64,000 nt of DNA, taken from Candidatus Polarisedimenticolia bacterium (GTDB lineage Bacteria; Acidobacteriota; Polarisedimenticolia; Gp22-AA2). The stretch is taken from positions 19,993 to 83,992 of the forward strand of contig DASYUH010000046.1 in NCBI GenBank assembly GCA_036001465.1, in the 5' to 3' direction. The notes beneath the pieces were generated by a model. That model worked only from the letters and a program-made list of their open reading frames with translations. It ran no database searches and was not told where the DNA came from. Position 1 is the stretch's first letter. The number at the start of each line of letters is the position of its first letter. A program made the position numbers and the translations under genes. Below, one piece after another: positions 1 through 9,066 of this stretch.

Positions 1-2508
1 CATGAGGGTGCTGCCGTCGACAGAGCCGGGGGCGTCGTCCGGCTCGTCGCTGAGAACGGAGATCAGGGTGGCGCCGGCGGAGCCGCAGGCGTCGGACACC
101 CCCACCGTGGCGTGGATCGGGACCATCCGGTGAGTGGGCGGCCAGAGGGTGGACGGCGACAGCGTGAGGGTGAGATGCGGGGGAGTTGTGTCGGCCACCT
201 TGATGAGCGCTTCGGCGGTCCCGGTCGCGCCCGAGAAATCGGTCGCCCGGAGCGTGAGGAGGTGGTCCCCCAGGGAGAGCGTCCCGGAGAGGGACTCTCC
301 GCTCCCCAGGAGGACCTGGGCCGGCCCTCCGTAATGCTCGAACCACTCGAAGCGTTGGATATCGTCCCGGGTCCCTGGAGTGGAATCGGGATCGGACGAG
401 GCCGAACCGCTCAGGTTCACCACCGCCCCGGCCGGTGAGGTGCATTCCACCTGCGCCGGCGCCGTGATCCGCGCCTCCGGCGGCCGGTTGTCCGGAGCGC
501 CCGCGTAGAGAAAGACCCGACCCGTCCCCCGGCCGTCGCTTGGGGCGCCCACAAGGAGATCTCCGGTCCGGTCACCGTTCACGTCCCCCGCCGAACCGAC
601 CGCGTTGCCGAGCAAATCGAAAGGGGCGTCCCCCTCGGCGAACCATGAAGGATCGACCTCGAGCCCTGCGGCCGAGCCCCGGAAGACATAAGCCCGACCC
701 ACCGACTCCTCGTTGAAGGCCCGGTCGTAGTCGGGCTCGCCGATGATCACGTCGCCGTAGCCATCACCGTTCAAGTCCCCGGCCCCCGCCACCGCGGTTC
801 CCAGGTGGGCAAGCAGATGGTCGCCGGTCCGGGTCCAGGCGGGCGAGCCGCCAGGCCCTGAGGGGGATCCGAGGTAGACCCGGGCGATCCCCTGCTCGCC
901 TCCGAAGCCGTTGAAGCCCCCCATGAGAATGTCATCGTAGCCGTCGCCGTTCACGTCGCCGGCGCCGGAGACGCTGGCGCCGAGAAACGCGAACCGGTTG
1001 ACCAGGCCCGATTCCCACGCCGGAGCGGCGGCGAGCCCCAAGGATGACCCGAGGTAGACCAGAACCTTGCCGGCGTTGGGCCGGTCGATCGGCTCGGGGT
1101 AATCGTATCCGGGCTCACCGATGATCACGTCGCCGTAGCCATCACCGTTCACGTCCCCCGCCGCAGCCACCGCATAGCCGAACGCGGCCCCGGGCTGGTC
1201 CCCCTCGGAGGTCCATGCCGGGGACGCCCCGGGCCCCGAGGCGGAGCCGAGATACAACTCGGCTCTCCCGGGAACACCGCCGCCCACCCAACCCTGTGGC
1301 GCCCCGACGAGGAGATCCGAGAAACCGTCGCTGTTCACATCGCCGGCCCCGGCGACCGCGACCCCGAATCCCGTCGACACCTCCGTCACCGGCGAGATCC
1401 AGTCCGGAGCCAGGGAGAGGCCGACGGTCGAGCCGAAATAGACAAGGGCCCGGCCGACTCCCGAAACCACCACGTCCCCGAACCCGTCGCCATTCAGATC
1501 GCCGGCTCCTGCCACCGCCACGGCGAAGCCGTAGCCCGGCTCGCTCCCCTCCACCATCCACGACGGGACGTCTCCGATCCCCTCCGCGGAGCCGGTAAAG
1601 AGGTACGCTCGGCCGAAGCGGAAGTCCCCGTTGTCGTGCCTGGGCGCTGCCACGATCACGTCGCCGTACCCGTCTCCGTTGACGTCTCCCGCCGCGGCCA
1701 CGCTCCCGCCGAAGCCATCACCCGCGGTCTCCCCCGCAAGGGATCCGGCGGGAGCGATCAGCATCGAGTCGACCTGGATCGGGTAGACGGCGCCGGTGTC
1801 GTCGATCCGAAGCTGGATCACGCCGTCCCCCGGGACGAACTCCGTCGGGATGTCCCTCCCCATGGCGTCGGTGCTCCGCAGCCGGGAGGACTCCAGCACC
1901 GCCCGGCCGAAGACATCGTGGAACAGGACCGAGGTGCCGTCCTCGCCCGCTGCGGCGCTCAGTCCGCCGGCGAGGGTCATCTCGAGCGTCACCGGACCGC
2001 GCCGGGTCCCGGCTTCCGGAGCGCGCTCGAGCCGGAGTCCCTGCTCGATGCCCGCATTACCGGCCCGGTACCACTCCATCAGCCCGGGTCGGCTGATTTC
2101 CAGCCCATCCCCGTGGACGCCGGGTCTTCCCGGCCGGACGACCGCGAGCCGCCCGACTTGCCCGAAACCGGTCAGGCCAATTCCCACCTTCCATGGGACG
2201 CCGGAGCGAGACGGGGCCGAAATCTCCACGCCCCGCTCATCGCCGCGCACCAGGAGCCCTGTGTCGGTGCGGGCCCAGAATCCCCTCTCCTGCAGCCGCC
2301 GGAACCGTCGGTCCGCGCCGGGGGTCGCGTTGGCCGTACCGTGCCCTCCCTCAGAGTTCCCTTCGGGGATCGAACCGGCGGAGAGGGTGGCTCCCGGGAA
2401 GGGGAGACGTTCCCTGCCGGAGGAACCTCCCCCCGGGGACTTCTCCCGGGCGGAAACGCTCAAGACAAGGGTCAGGAAGGTTGCGAGGGGCAGTCCGAGG
2501 CGGCGCAC
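1..2508 (-). CDS. FG-GAP/VCBS (integrin-like) repeat secreted protein; 3' end runs off the left edge of the window
   Basis: Missing from the ORF track because it has no stop inside the window. The reverse frame is open from GTG at 2508 to position 1. The N-terminus VRRLGLPLATFLTLVLSVSA looks like a signal peptide. At least 7 FG-GAP motifs are present (AGDVNGDGYGDVIIGEP, AGDLNGDGFGDVVV, AGDVNSDGFSDLLVGAP, AGDVNGDGYDDILMGG and others). An Ig-like C-terminal part follows (LWPPTHRMVPIHATV...SDEPDD). Confidence 0.8.
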   Translation of the reverse strand, partial: MRRLGLPLATFLTLVLSVSAREKSPGGGSSGRERLPFPGATLSAGSIPEGNSEGGHGTANATPGADRRFRRLQERGFWARTDTGLLVRGDERGVEISAPSRSGVPWKVGIGLTGFGQVGRLAVVRPGRPGVHGDGLEISRPGLMEWYRAGNAGIEQGLRLERAPEAGTRRGPVTLEMTLAGGLSAAAGEDGTSVLFHDVFGRAVLESSRLRSTDAMGRDIPTEFVPGDGVIQLRIDDTGAVYPIQVDSMLIAPAGSLAGETAGDGFGGSVAAAGDVNGDGYGDVIVAAPRHDNGDFRFGRAYLFTGSAEGIGDVPSWMVEGSEPGYGFAVAVAGAGDLNGDGFGDVVVSGVGRALVYFGSTVGLSLAPDWISPVTEVSTGFGVAVAGAGDVNSDGFSDLLVGAPQGWVGGGVPGRAELYLGSASGPGASPAWTSEGDQPGAAFGYAVAAAGDVNGDGYGDVIIGEPGYDYPEPIDRPNAGKVLVYLGSSLGLAAAPAWESGLVNRFAFLGASVSGAGDVNGDGYDDILMGGFNGFGGEQGIARVYLGSPSGPGGSPAWTRTGDHLLAHLGTAVAGAGDLNGDGYGDVIIGEPDYDRAFNEESVGRAYVFRGSAAGLEVDPSWFAEGDAPFDLLGNAVGSAGDVNGDRTGDLLVGAPSDGRGTGRVFLYAGAPDNRPPEARITAPAQVECTSPAGAVVNLSGSASSDPDSTPGTRDDIQRFEWFEHYGGPAQVLLGSGESLSGTLSLGDHLLTLRATDFSGATGTAEALIKVADTTPPHLTLTLSPSTLWPPTHRMVPIHATVGVSDACGSAGATLISVLSDEPDDAPGSVDGSTLM

Positions 2509-2841
2509 AGCACTTTCTCCCTGGCGACCGATCGGCTTTCCGGGGCCGTCGATCAGCGGACCGGGGACCGGAACGATACGATGAACCCTATCCTTCCGCA
2601 ATGACCGCTTTGGTAATTCGACGAAGTCGACCCCCCTGTAAAACGGAAGCCCTGAAATGGTGCGCGCGGCGCATGGCCCCGGGGGAAAGGCCCGGCGAGG
2701 CGGCCAGGCGTAAGCTCTTCATCAAGCAAGGAATCCGGGTGGGAGACCGGGCGAATCCCTGTCCTCGGGCAGCCCGGGGGTATAGAATTCCATGGACCAC
2801 AATCTGACAGCCGTGCCGTGTTCTGCTCGGAGCCCCCGCCC

Positions 2842-3972
2842 ATGAAATATCGGATCGCGATATCCGGATCGTATGGAGGCATGAACCTCGGCGACGAGGC
2901 GATCCTCGAGGCCATCCTGAAGGAGATTCAGGCGTCCGGGCTGGAGGTGGAGATCGTCGTGTTCTCGAAGAACCCGGCGGACACCGAGCAACGGCACAAG
3001 GTTCATCCCGTCGCGATTCGCGAGATCCACAAGGATGAGGTCCTGGACGAGCTGAAGAAGCTCGACCTCCTCATCCTGGGGGGCGGGGGGCTCCTCTTCG
3101 ACGGTCGTGTCGAAGAGTATCTGCGGGATGTCAACTGGACCAAGGACCTGGGCATCCCGGTCATGGTGTATGCGATCAGCGTGGGGCCGCTCCAGACGCC
3201 GGAATCGAAGAAGCTGGTCGTGGAAACGCTGAACCGGGTGGACGTCATCACCGTGCGCGAGGGGGAAGCGAAGAGGACGCTGCATGACCTGGGGGTGAAC
3301 CAGGACATCGAGGTGACCGCGGATCCGGCCCTGCTCTTGAAGCCGCAGCCGTTCACCAAGGAGATGCTCAAGAAGGAAGGGGTGGATCCGGACGTGCCCC
3401 TGGTCGGGTTTTCCGTTCGCGAGCCCGGCCCGGCCGCGCCGCAGCTGGACGTCGAGCAGTACCACGCCATTCTTGCCAACGCCGCCGACTTCATGGTCGA
3501 GCGGTTCGACGCGCAGATTCTATTCGTCCCCATGGAACGCGGTGAGAGCCGCGATCCCCAGCATTCTCACGCGGTCATCTCGAAGATGGCCAACGCCCAG
3601 CGGGCGAGCGTCCTGAAGGGGGACTACACGTCGGCGCAGGTCCTGGGGCTGGTGGGGCACATGTCCTTCAGCGTCGGCATGCGTCTTCACTTCCTGATTT
3701 TCTCCGGGATCCAGAAGATCCCGTTCGTCCCGCTTCCTTATGCGTCGAAGGTCTCGGGCTTTCTCGCCGATGTCGACATGCCGATGCCGTCGATCGGCCA
3801 GCTGAACGTGGGGAAGCTCTGTGCGTTCCTGGATCGATCCTGGGATACGCGCAAGAAGATCGTCAAGAATCTCGAGGAGAAAATCCCTCCACTCCAGGAA
3901 CGAGCCAGGCGAACCAATCAGATCCTCTGCGAGCTCCTCAAGTCGCTGCGCCCCAGGCAGGGCGAGTCGTAA
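2842..3972 (+). CDS. polysaccharide pyruvyl transferase family protein (CsaB-like)
   Basis: MKYRIAISGSYGGMNLGDEAILEAIL...LLILGGGGLL...YAISVGP is the typical PS_pyruv_trans pattern. ATG 2842 is preferred over the track start at 2818. Confidence 0.8.
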   Translation: MKYRIAISGSYGGMNLGDEAILEAILKEIQASGLEVEIVVFSKNPADTEQRHKVHPVAIREIHKDEVLDELKKLDLLILGGGGLLFDGRVEEYLRDVNWTKDLGIPVMVYAISVGPLQTPESKKLVVETLNRVDVITVREGEAKRTLHDLGVNQDIEVTADPALLLKPQPFTKEMLKKEGVDPDVPLVGFSVREPGPAAPQLDVEQYHAILANAADFMVERFDAQILFVPMERGESRDPQHSHAVISKMANAQRASVLKGDYTSAQVLGLVGHMSFSVGMRLHFLIFSGIQKIPFVPLPYASKVSGFLADVDMPMPSIGQLNVGKLCAFLDRSWDTRKKIVKNLEEKIPPLQERARRTNQILCELLKSLRPRQGES

Positions 3973-3979
3973 CGCGGCG

Positions 3980-5395
3980 ATGCCCGCCCTCCGGCGACCG
4001 GAGCACGCGACCCTGATCGACCTGCCGCCCCGCCGCGCCCAGGTGGCGGCGCGGACGGACGTCCTGGTGGTCGGCGGGGGTCCGTCGGGTCTCGGCGCCG
4101 CGCTCGGCGCGGCGGCGGCCGGTGCCCGGGTGATCCTGGCCGAACGGTACGGGTTCCTGGGTGGGAACGCGACGGCCGCGCTGGTCATGCCGCTGATGTC
4201 CTTTCACACGCAACATCACCGTCCCGAAAAGGAAGGCTCGGTCGCCCTGTTCCCGACCGATCACGGGCGGGGGAATCCGTTGATCGCGGGGGCGTTGCAG
4301 GTGCTGCTGGAGCGCATGGTCAGCGCGGGAGGGGCGATCGAGCCCTCGCTGAAGACGGGATACACCGTCCCCTTCGATCCCGAGACGTTCAAACGGGTCG
4401 CCTTGGAGCTCCTGGACGAAGCGGGAGTCGATTTCCTGTTCCATGCGTTCGCGAGCGATGCCCTCGTCGAGCATCACACGATCCGGGGTGTCGTGTTCGA
4501 GACCAAGTCGGGCCCGGTGGTCATCCATGCGAGGGTCGTGATCGATGCGACGGGGGACGGCGACGTGGCGGCCCGGGCCGGCGCACCTTTCGAAGTCGGC
4601 CGTGAGTCGGATCGGCTGGTCCAACCCATGACCCTCATGTTCCGGATCGCTGAATTCGATCGGTCGGCGTTCGCGGGTTACGTCAAGGAACACCCCGACC
4701 AATGGCGCGGGGTGCATGGGCTGTGGGACCTCGTCCGGAAGGCGACGGCGGCGGGGGACCTCGCGCTTCCCAGGGACAACGTGCTGTTCTTCGCGACGCC
4801 CCACGAACGGGAAGTGAGCATGAACAGCACCCGGATCACCCGCGTGCTCGGTGTCGATGTGTGGGACCTTTCCTACGCGGAATGGGAGACGCGCCGGCAG
4901 ATGAGTCAGATCGCCGCCTTCCTGCGCCGCTACGTGCCGGGCTTCGACCAGTCCTACGTGACCCAGAGCGGGATGCATGTCGGTGTGCGGGAAACACGAA
5001 GGATTTCGGGGGAGTACCAGCTCAACGAGAAAGACATCCTGGAGGCCCGCAAGTTCCCCGACGCGATCGCGCGCAGCGCCTATCCGATCGATATCCATGA
5101 TCCCGAGGGGACGGGGACGGTCCTCAAGCGTCTGCCCCCCGGAGATTGGTACGAGATTCCGCTGCGGTGTCTTCTGCCTCAAGGAGTGGACGGCCTGGTC
5201 GTGGCGGGCCGGTGCATTTCAGGGACCCATGAGGCGCATTCTTCCTATCGTGTCATGCCGGTCGCCATGGCGCTCGGGCAGGCCGCCGGTGTGTGCGCGG
5301 CCCAGGCGGTCAAGACGGGGTCGTTGCCGCGCGTGGTGCCTCCTGACACTGTGCGGGCCGAGCTCATTCGTCAGGGGGCGAGCCTCAGCGGTTAG
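3980..5395 (+). CDS. FAD-dependent oxidoreductase (FAD_oxidored/GidA-like fold)
   Basis: Dinucleotide-binding motif DVLVVGGGPSGLGAALGAAAAGARVILAERYGFLGGN and C-terminal AGRCISGTHEAHSSYRVMP. The ATG at 3980 lies 8 nt after the pyruvyl transferase stop. Confidence 0.8.
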   Translation: MPALRRPEHATLIDLPPRRAQVAARTDVLVVGGGPSGLGAALGAAAAGARVILAERYGFLGGNATAALVMPLMSFHTQHHRPEKEGSVALFPTDHGRGNPLIAGALQVLLERMVSAGGAIEPSLKTGYTVPFDPETFKRVALELLDEAGVDFLFHAFASDALVEHHTIRGVVFETKSGPVVIHARVVIDATGDGDVAARAGAPFEVGRESDRLVQPMTLMFRIAEFDRSAFAGYVKEHPDQWRGVHGLWDLVRKATAAGDLALPRDNVLFFATPHEREVSMNSTRITRVLGVDVWDLSYAEWETRRQMSQIAAFLRRYVPGFDQSYVTQSGMHVGVRETRRISGEYQLNEKDILEARKFPDAIARSAYPIDIHDPEGTGTVLKRLPPGDWYEIPLRCLLPQGVDGLVVAGRCISGTHEAHSSYRVMPVAMALGQAAGVCAAQAVKTGSLPRVVPPDTVRAELIRQGASLSG

Positions 5396-5533
5396 AAACA
5401 CGAGGCCCTTCGCAGCGAGGATGGATCTTGTCCCCCCAAGGGGACGCGATCTGCGCCTTCTCGGGCGGGTCCGTTCCCCTCGACCCTCCCACAAATGCTC
5501 CGGACACAGAGCTTATGGCCGTCGGCGGGTAAT

Positions 5534-5549
5534 TGGCATCGTGCTTGCT
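5534..5549 (+). promoter_or_regulatory. sigma54-type (-24/-12) promoter candidate upstream of the BON-domain gene
   Basis: TGGCATcgtgcTTGCT has GG and GC separated by exactly 10 nt, matching TGGCAC-N5-TTGCW. It lies 47 nt upstream of ATG 5596. Confidence 0.45.
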
Positions 5550-5595
5550 CATTAGACCTGCGGGCCCGATTGAGATGCATCGAAAGGAGGTATCG

Positions 5596-5922
5596 ATGAA
5601 TCGCCATTGGGGACGCTTGTTCGTGGTACTGCCAATCACCGCCATGCTGGCCCTGGGCTGCGCACGAACGGCCCAGCCATCCGAAAACCCCCGAACGGCG
5701 GGTGACGCGATCCAGGACGCCACGATCACCGCATCCGTGAAGATCGCGCTCGCGCTCAAGCCCGGCGTCGCGGCGACGGAGATCAACGTCGACACGGACC
5801 GGGGTGTTGTGACGCTGAGAGGTGAAGTCGGCACCGAGGCGGAGCGCCAGCTCGCCGTGATGGTCGCCAGGGATGTCGGCAGCGTCACGGAAGTCGTGAA
5901 CGACATCAGGGTTCGCGGCTGA
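5596..5922 (+). CDS. BON domain (OsmY-like) periplasmic protein
   Basis: Signal/lipoprotein-like N-terminus MNRHWGRLFVVLPITAMLALGC, then DATITASVKIAL...INVDTDRGVVTLRGEVGTEAERQLAVMVARDVGSVTEVVNDIRV. GGAGG RBS lies before ATG 5596. Confidence 0.8.
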   Translation: MNRHWGRLFVVLPITAMLALGCARTAQPSENPRTAGDAIQDATITASVKIALALKPGVAATEINVDTDRGVVTLRGEVGTEAERQLAVMVARDVGSVTEVVNDIRVRG

Positions 5923-6001
5923 TCCGACCGATTCTTCCGCCACTTCAAGAACCGTGGGTCCATCGAGCGGCGAAGCGTGTGAGCGCCGCAAGGAGGAAAG
6001 G

Positions 6002-6490
6002 ATGATCACGATTCGCAGGCACTCTGTCGTACGAGCGGTTCTGTTCGTCAGCGCATGCGTCCTCGCCGGCTCCCTGTCGATCTCCCCGAGCCTGGCGCGA
6101 CCCGACTTCGGCGTCCGGGGCGGCGCCTACACCGACGCCGAGGAGCCGTTCCTCGGAGCCGAGGCGCTGTTCGGCATCGGGCCCACGCAGCACTGGTTCG
6201 GCAATCCCAACGTCGAGCACGCCTTTCTGGATGCGGGAGACGTGACCGCCGTCAGCTTCGACTTTCACTACGACTTTCCCACCGGCGAGCCCTACACGAT
6301 CTGGGCAGGTGCCGGCCCGACGATGATCCTCAGGGACAGGAATGCGCCCGGCCGCGACGACACGGACGCGGGGATGAACCTGGTGGTCGGTGTGGGAGCG
6401 ACGAAGGGTGAAGTCCGTCCGTACGGCCAGATGAAGGTCGTCATCGCCGACGACAACGAGGCGGTGCTGGGAGCGGGCATCCGGTTCTGA
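6002..6490 (+). CDS. small outer-membrane beta-barrel-like protein
   Basis: AGGAGG RBS, signal peptide (VLFVSACVLAGSLSISPSLA), alternating aromatic/glycine beta-strand pattern, and a C-terminal ...LGAGIRF with terminal Phe. Confidence 0.55.
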   Translation: MITIRRHSVVRAVLFVSACVLAGSLSISPSLARPDFGVRGGAYTDAEEPFLGAEALFGIGPTQHWFGNPNVEHAFLDAGDVTAVSFDFHYDFPTGEPYTIWAGAGPTMILRDRNAPGRDDTDAGMNLVVGVGATKGEVRPYGQMKVVIADDNEAVLGAGIRF

Positions 6491-6505
6491 TCCGGCGATC
6501 CGATC

Positions 6506-6536
6506 GCGCACGCCGGGCTTCGCGCCCGGCGTGCGC
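6506..6536. terminator. bidirectional hairpin between convergent genes
   Basis: GCGCACGCCGGG-cttcgcg-CCCGGCGTGCGC is a perfect 12-bp stem. It sits between the OMP stop (6490) and the glnK stop (6546). Confidence 0.5.
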
Positions 6537-6545
6537 CTTCTCGTA

Positions 6546-6896
6546 TCAGACCAGGGGAGTCACGGCCTCGACGTCCTCTTCGCCCGTCCTGATGCGATAG
6601 ACCTTCTGCACCGGGAGCACGAAGATCTTGCCGTCGCCGACCTCGCCGGTCCGGCCCGACCTCATGATCGCCTGCACCGTTCTCTCCACGAACGGCTCCG
6701 AGACGCCGATGTCCAGGCGGATCTTGTCGACAAGGTCCATCTTCACGGTCATCCCGCGGTAGGTCTCCACGCTCTCGAGCTCCCCCCCGTGACCGCGGGC
6801 CGGTGTGATCGTCAGCCCCCGGACCTCCTCCTTGTACAGGGCCTCCAGAACGTCGTTCAGCTTCTCGGGGCGCACGATCGCGACGATCAGTTTCAT
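6546..6896 (-). CDS. glnK: P-II nitrogen regulatory protein
   Basis: MKLIVAIVRPEKLNDVLEAL...TPARGHGGE...YRG...GDGKIFVLPV, 116 aa. ATGA overlap with the amtB stop. Confidence 0.95.
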   Translation of the reverse strand: MKLIVAIVRPEKLNDVLEALYKEEVRGLTITPARGHGGELESVETYRGMTVKMDLVDKIRLDIGVSEPFVERTVQAIMRSGRTGEVGDGKIFVLPVQKVYRIRTGEEDVEAVTPLV

Positions 6897-8185
6897 GGCG
6901 GACCCTCCTGCGCGAGGGAGACCGCCGGCGCGCGGTCGGTCATGACCAGGATCGCGCCCTCGCCGCTCGTATAGGCCTCCTCCCCGTGCTGGGGCACGTC
7001 CATGCCCACGCCTTCCTCCCTCCTGCCGGCGCGCATCCTCGCCATGAGTCCGACCACTTTCAAGAGAATGTACGTGCCGGCCGCGCTGTAGATCGCCGTC
7101 GCGAGCACGGCCGCCGCCTGCCGCGCGAGCTGCGCGGGTTGTCCCGACAGGAGCCCGTCCGTTCCACCCCACACGCGCGCAGCGAAGACGCCCGTGAGCA
7201 ACGCCCCGAAGGCACCGCCGACGCCGTGGGCCGAGAGGACGTCGAGCGAATCATCGAGCCGCGTCCTGGAGCGCCATTGGATGGCGTAATAGCTCGGAAT
7301 CGCGGCGATGGCTCCAATCCCGACCGCGCTCATGGGAGAGACGAACCCGGCGCCCGGAGTGATCGCCACGAGACCGACCACGATGCCGGTCGCGGCGCCC
7401 ACCGCGGTCGCCTTGCCGGTCCGCGCCAGGTCGAGGAGCATCCACACGACGAGCGTGCCCATGGGCGCGACCAGGGTGTTCACGAAGGCGAGGGCGGCCG
7501 AGACGTTCGCGCCGAGGGCGCTCCCACCGTTGAAGCCGAACCAGCCGAACCAGAGCAGCGACGCTCCCAGGAGCACGAACGGCACGCTGTGGGGCAGGAG
7601 CGCCTGGCGCCCATAATCCTTGCGCGGTCCCAGAAGGACGGCCGCCAGCAGCGCCCCCACGCCGGCGTTGACGTGCACCACGGTCCCGCCGGCGAAGTCG
7701 AGCGCCCCCAGCCGCGCCAGCCAGCCGCCTCCCCAGACCCAGTGAGCGACCGGCGCGTAGACGATCAGGGCCCACAGCGTGATGAACGCGAGATACGGGC
7801 CGAAGCGCATCCGCTCGACGATGGCCCCCGAGATCAGCGCCGCGGTGATGATCGCGAACGTTCCCTGGTACGCCATGAAGAGGAGGTGGGGGATCGACCC
7901 CTTCGGCTCGAGGCCCACGCCGTTAAGGAACAGATGGGCGCCGCCGCCGATCCAGTCATTCCCCGGGGCGAAGGCCAGGCTGTAGCCGGCGACGACCCAG
8001 GCGATGCCCACCGCGCCGAGGGAGGCGAGGCTCATCATCATCGTGTTCAACGCGTTCTTCGAGCGCACCAGCCCTCCGTAGAAGAAGGCGAGAGCCGGCG
8101 TCATCAGAAGCACGAGCGCCGTCGCGACCAGCATCCATGCCGTGTCGGCTGCGTTGAGGAGAGTTGCTGCCGGTGGATCTTGCAT
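6893..8185 (-). CDS. amtB: ammonium transporter
   Basis: ADTAWMLVATALVLLMTPALAFFYGGLVRSKN...DFAGGTVVHVNAG...LWFGWFGFNGGS...HGVGGAFGALLTG. Start ATG 8185 is preceded by AGGAGG. Confidence 0.95.
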   Translation of the reverse strand: MQDPPAATLLNAADTAWMLVATALVLLMTPALAFFYGGLVRSKNALNTMMMSLASLGAVGIAWVVAGYSLAFAPGNDWIGGGAHLFLNGVGLEPKGSIPHLLFMAYQGTFAIITAALISGAIVERMRFGPYLAFITLWALIVYAPVAHWVWGGGWLARLGALDFAGGTVVHVNAGVGALLAAVLLGPRKDYGRQALLPHSVPFVLLGASLLWFGWFGFNGGSALGANVSAALAFVNTLVAPMGTLVVWMLLDLARTGKATAVGAATGIVVGLVAITPGAGFVSPMSAVGIGAIAAIPSYYAIQWRSRTRLDDSLDVLSAHGVGGAFGALLTGVFAARVWGGTDGLLSGQPAQLARQAAAVLATAIYSAAGTYILLKVVGLMARMRAGRREEGVGMDVPQHGEEAYTSGEGAILVMTDRAPAVSLAQEGPP

Positions 8186-8214
8186 GCGGGGCCTCCTGGA
8201 ACCTTCAAGCCCAG

Positions 8215-8245
8215 ATATTAGGTCCGGTGAGGGCTGTTCCGTCAA
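8215..8245 (-). promoter_or_regulatory. possible sigma70-type promoter for amtB-glnK
   Basis: The reverse strand reads TTGACG-19 nt-TAATAT about 30 nt upstream of the amtB ATG. The spacer is longer than optimal. Confidence 0.25.
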
Positions 8246-8432
8246 CCTCGGACTCGACACGGCGTGCGGGGCACGACCCGGCCTCGCTCCGCTCAGGGTT
8301 TTGCCGGAGGCCTTCCCGGGAACAGTTCCCATGGAAAACCGGACGTCCACCTGATGGCCGGGAGGCCGCGGCCCCCGTAAATTGGTCGCGGCAAAAGGAG
8401 GCTCTATGGACTGCACGACTCGGGAGGTGGAC

Positions 8433-9059
8433 ATGAGTCACGGATTGAAGGCCTGTCGCGGGTTCGTCACTCTCGCCCTGCTGGCGGCCGGTCTTCTGGG
8501 CGCCCCGTCGACGGTCGCCGCCCAGACCGCCAGCCAGGCGAAGGCGGCGCAGGCGACCGTGCCCGGGGCGACCGTGCTGGGGATCACCCTGCCCGGAACG
8601 ACGACGGTGCTCGCCGGCACCGGCGCCCTGCCGCCCGGGTCGGCCGGCGCGCTGGAGGCGTCGTCGGTCGCGGGCACCGTTCCGTCCCTGATGTCCGGGG
8701 ACTCGCTGCACGCGACGGTCATCGGCCTCCCGGGCGAGGCATCTTCGGAGGCGTCGCTGGCGAGTCTGGGCCTGTCCGTGGGCGGGAACACCATCTCGGC
8801 CGATTTCATCATGGCTCGGGCGCGCGCGGTGACCGGCGCCGGCGGATCCGGCAGCTCGGACATCGACGGCCTGTCGATCAACGGAGTCAGGATCCCGGTG
8901 ACCGGCGCCCCGAACCAGACCCTCCCGATCGTCGGGGGCACGGTCGTCCTCAACGAGCAGCAGACGGGCGCGGGCGGTGCGGTGGTCAACGCGCTGCACG
9001 TGATCGTCACCGGCGTCGCCGACGTGGTCGTCGCGTCCGCGATCGCCGCGACCCCTTGA
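8433..9059 (+). CDS. secreted Ala/Gly/Thr-rich protein, resembles the choice-of-anchor P (COAP) family
   Basis: GGGAGG RBS; signal peptide MSHGLKACRGFVTLALLAAGLLGAPSTVAAQ; C-terminal ...GGTVVLNEQQTGAGGAVVNALHVIV... pattern. The family name is from memory and was not searched. Confidence 0.6.
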   Translation: MSHGLKACRGFVTLALLAAGLLGAPSTVAAQTASQAKAAQATVPGATVLGITLPGTTTVLAGTGALPPGSAGALEASSVAGTVPSLMSGDSLHATVIGLPGEASSEASLASLGLSVGGNTISADFIMARARAVTGAGGSGSSDIDGLSINGVRIPVTGAPNQTLPIVGGTVVLNEQQTGAGGAVVNALHVIVTGVADVVVASAIAATP

Positions 9060-9066
9060 GGAAACC

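Noticed and set aside
1215-2807. Plus-strand ORFs 1215..1598, 1636..2604, 1796..2584 and 2193..2807 listed in the track.
   Set aside because: They overlap the reverse-strand FG-GAP repeat gene, whose frame is open across the whole region and encodes textbook DVNGDGYGD repeats. The plus-strand translations are Arg/Pro-rich junk.
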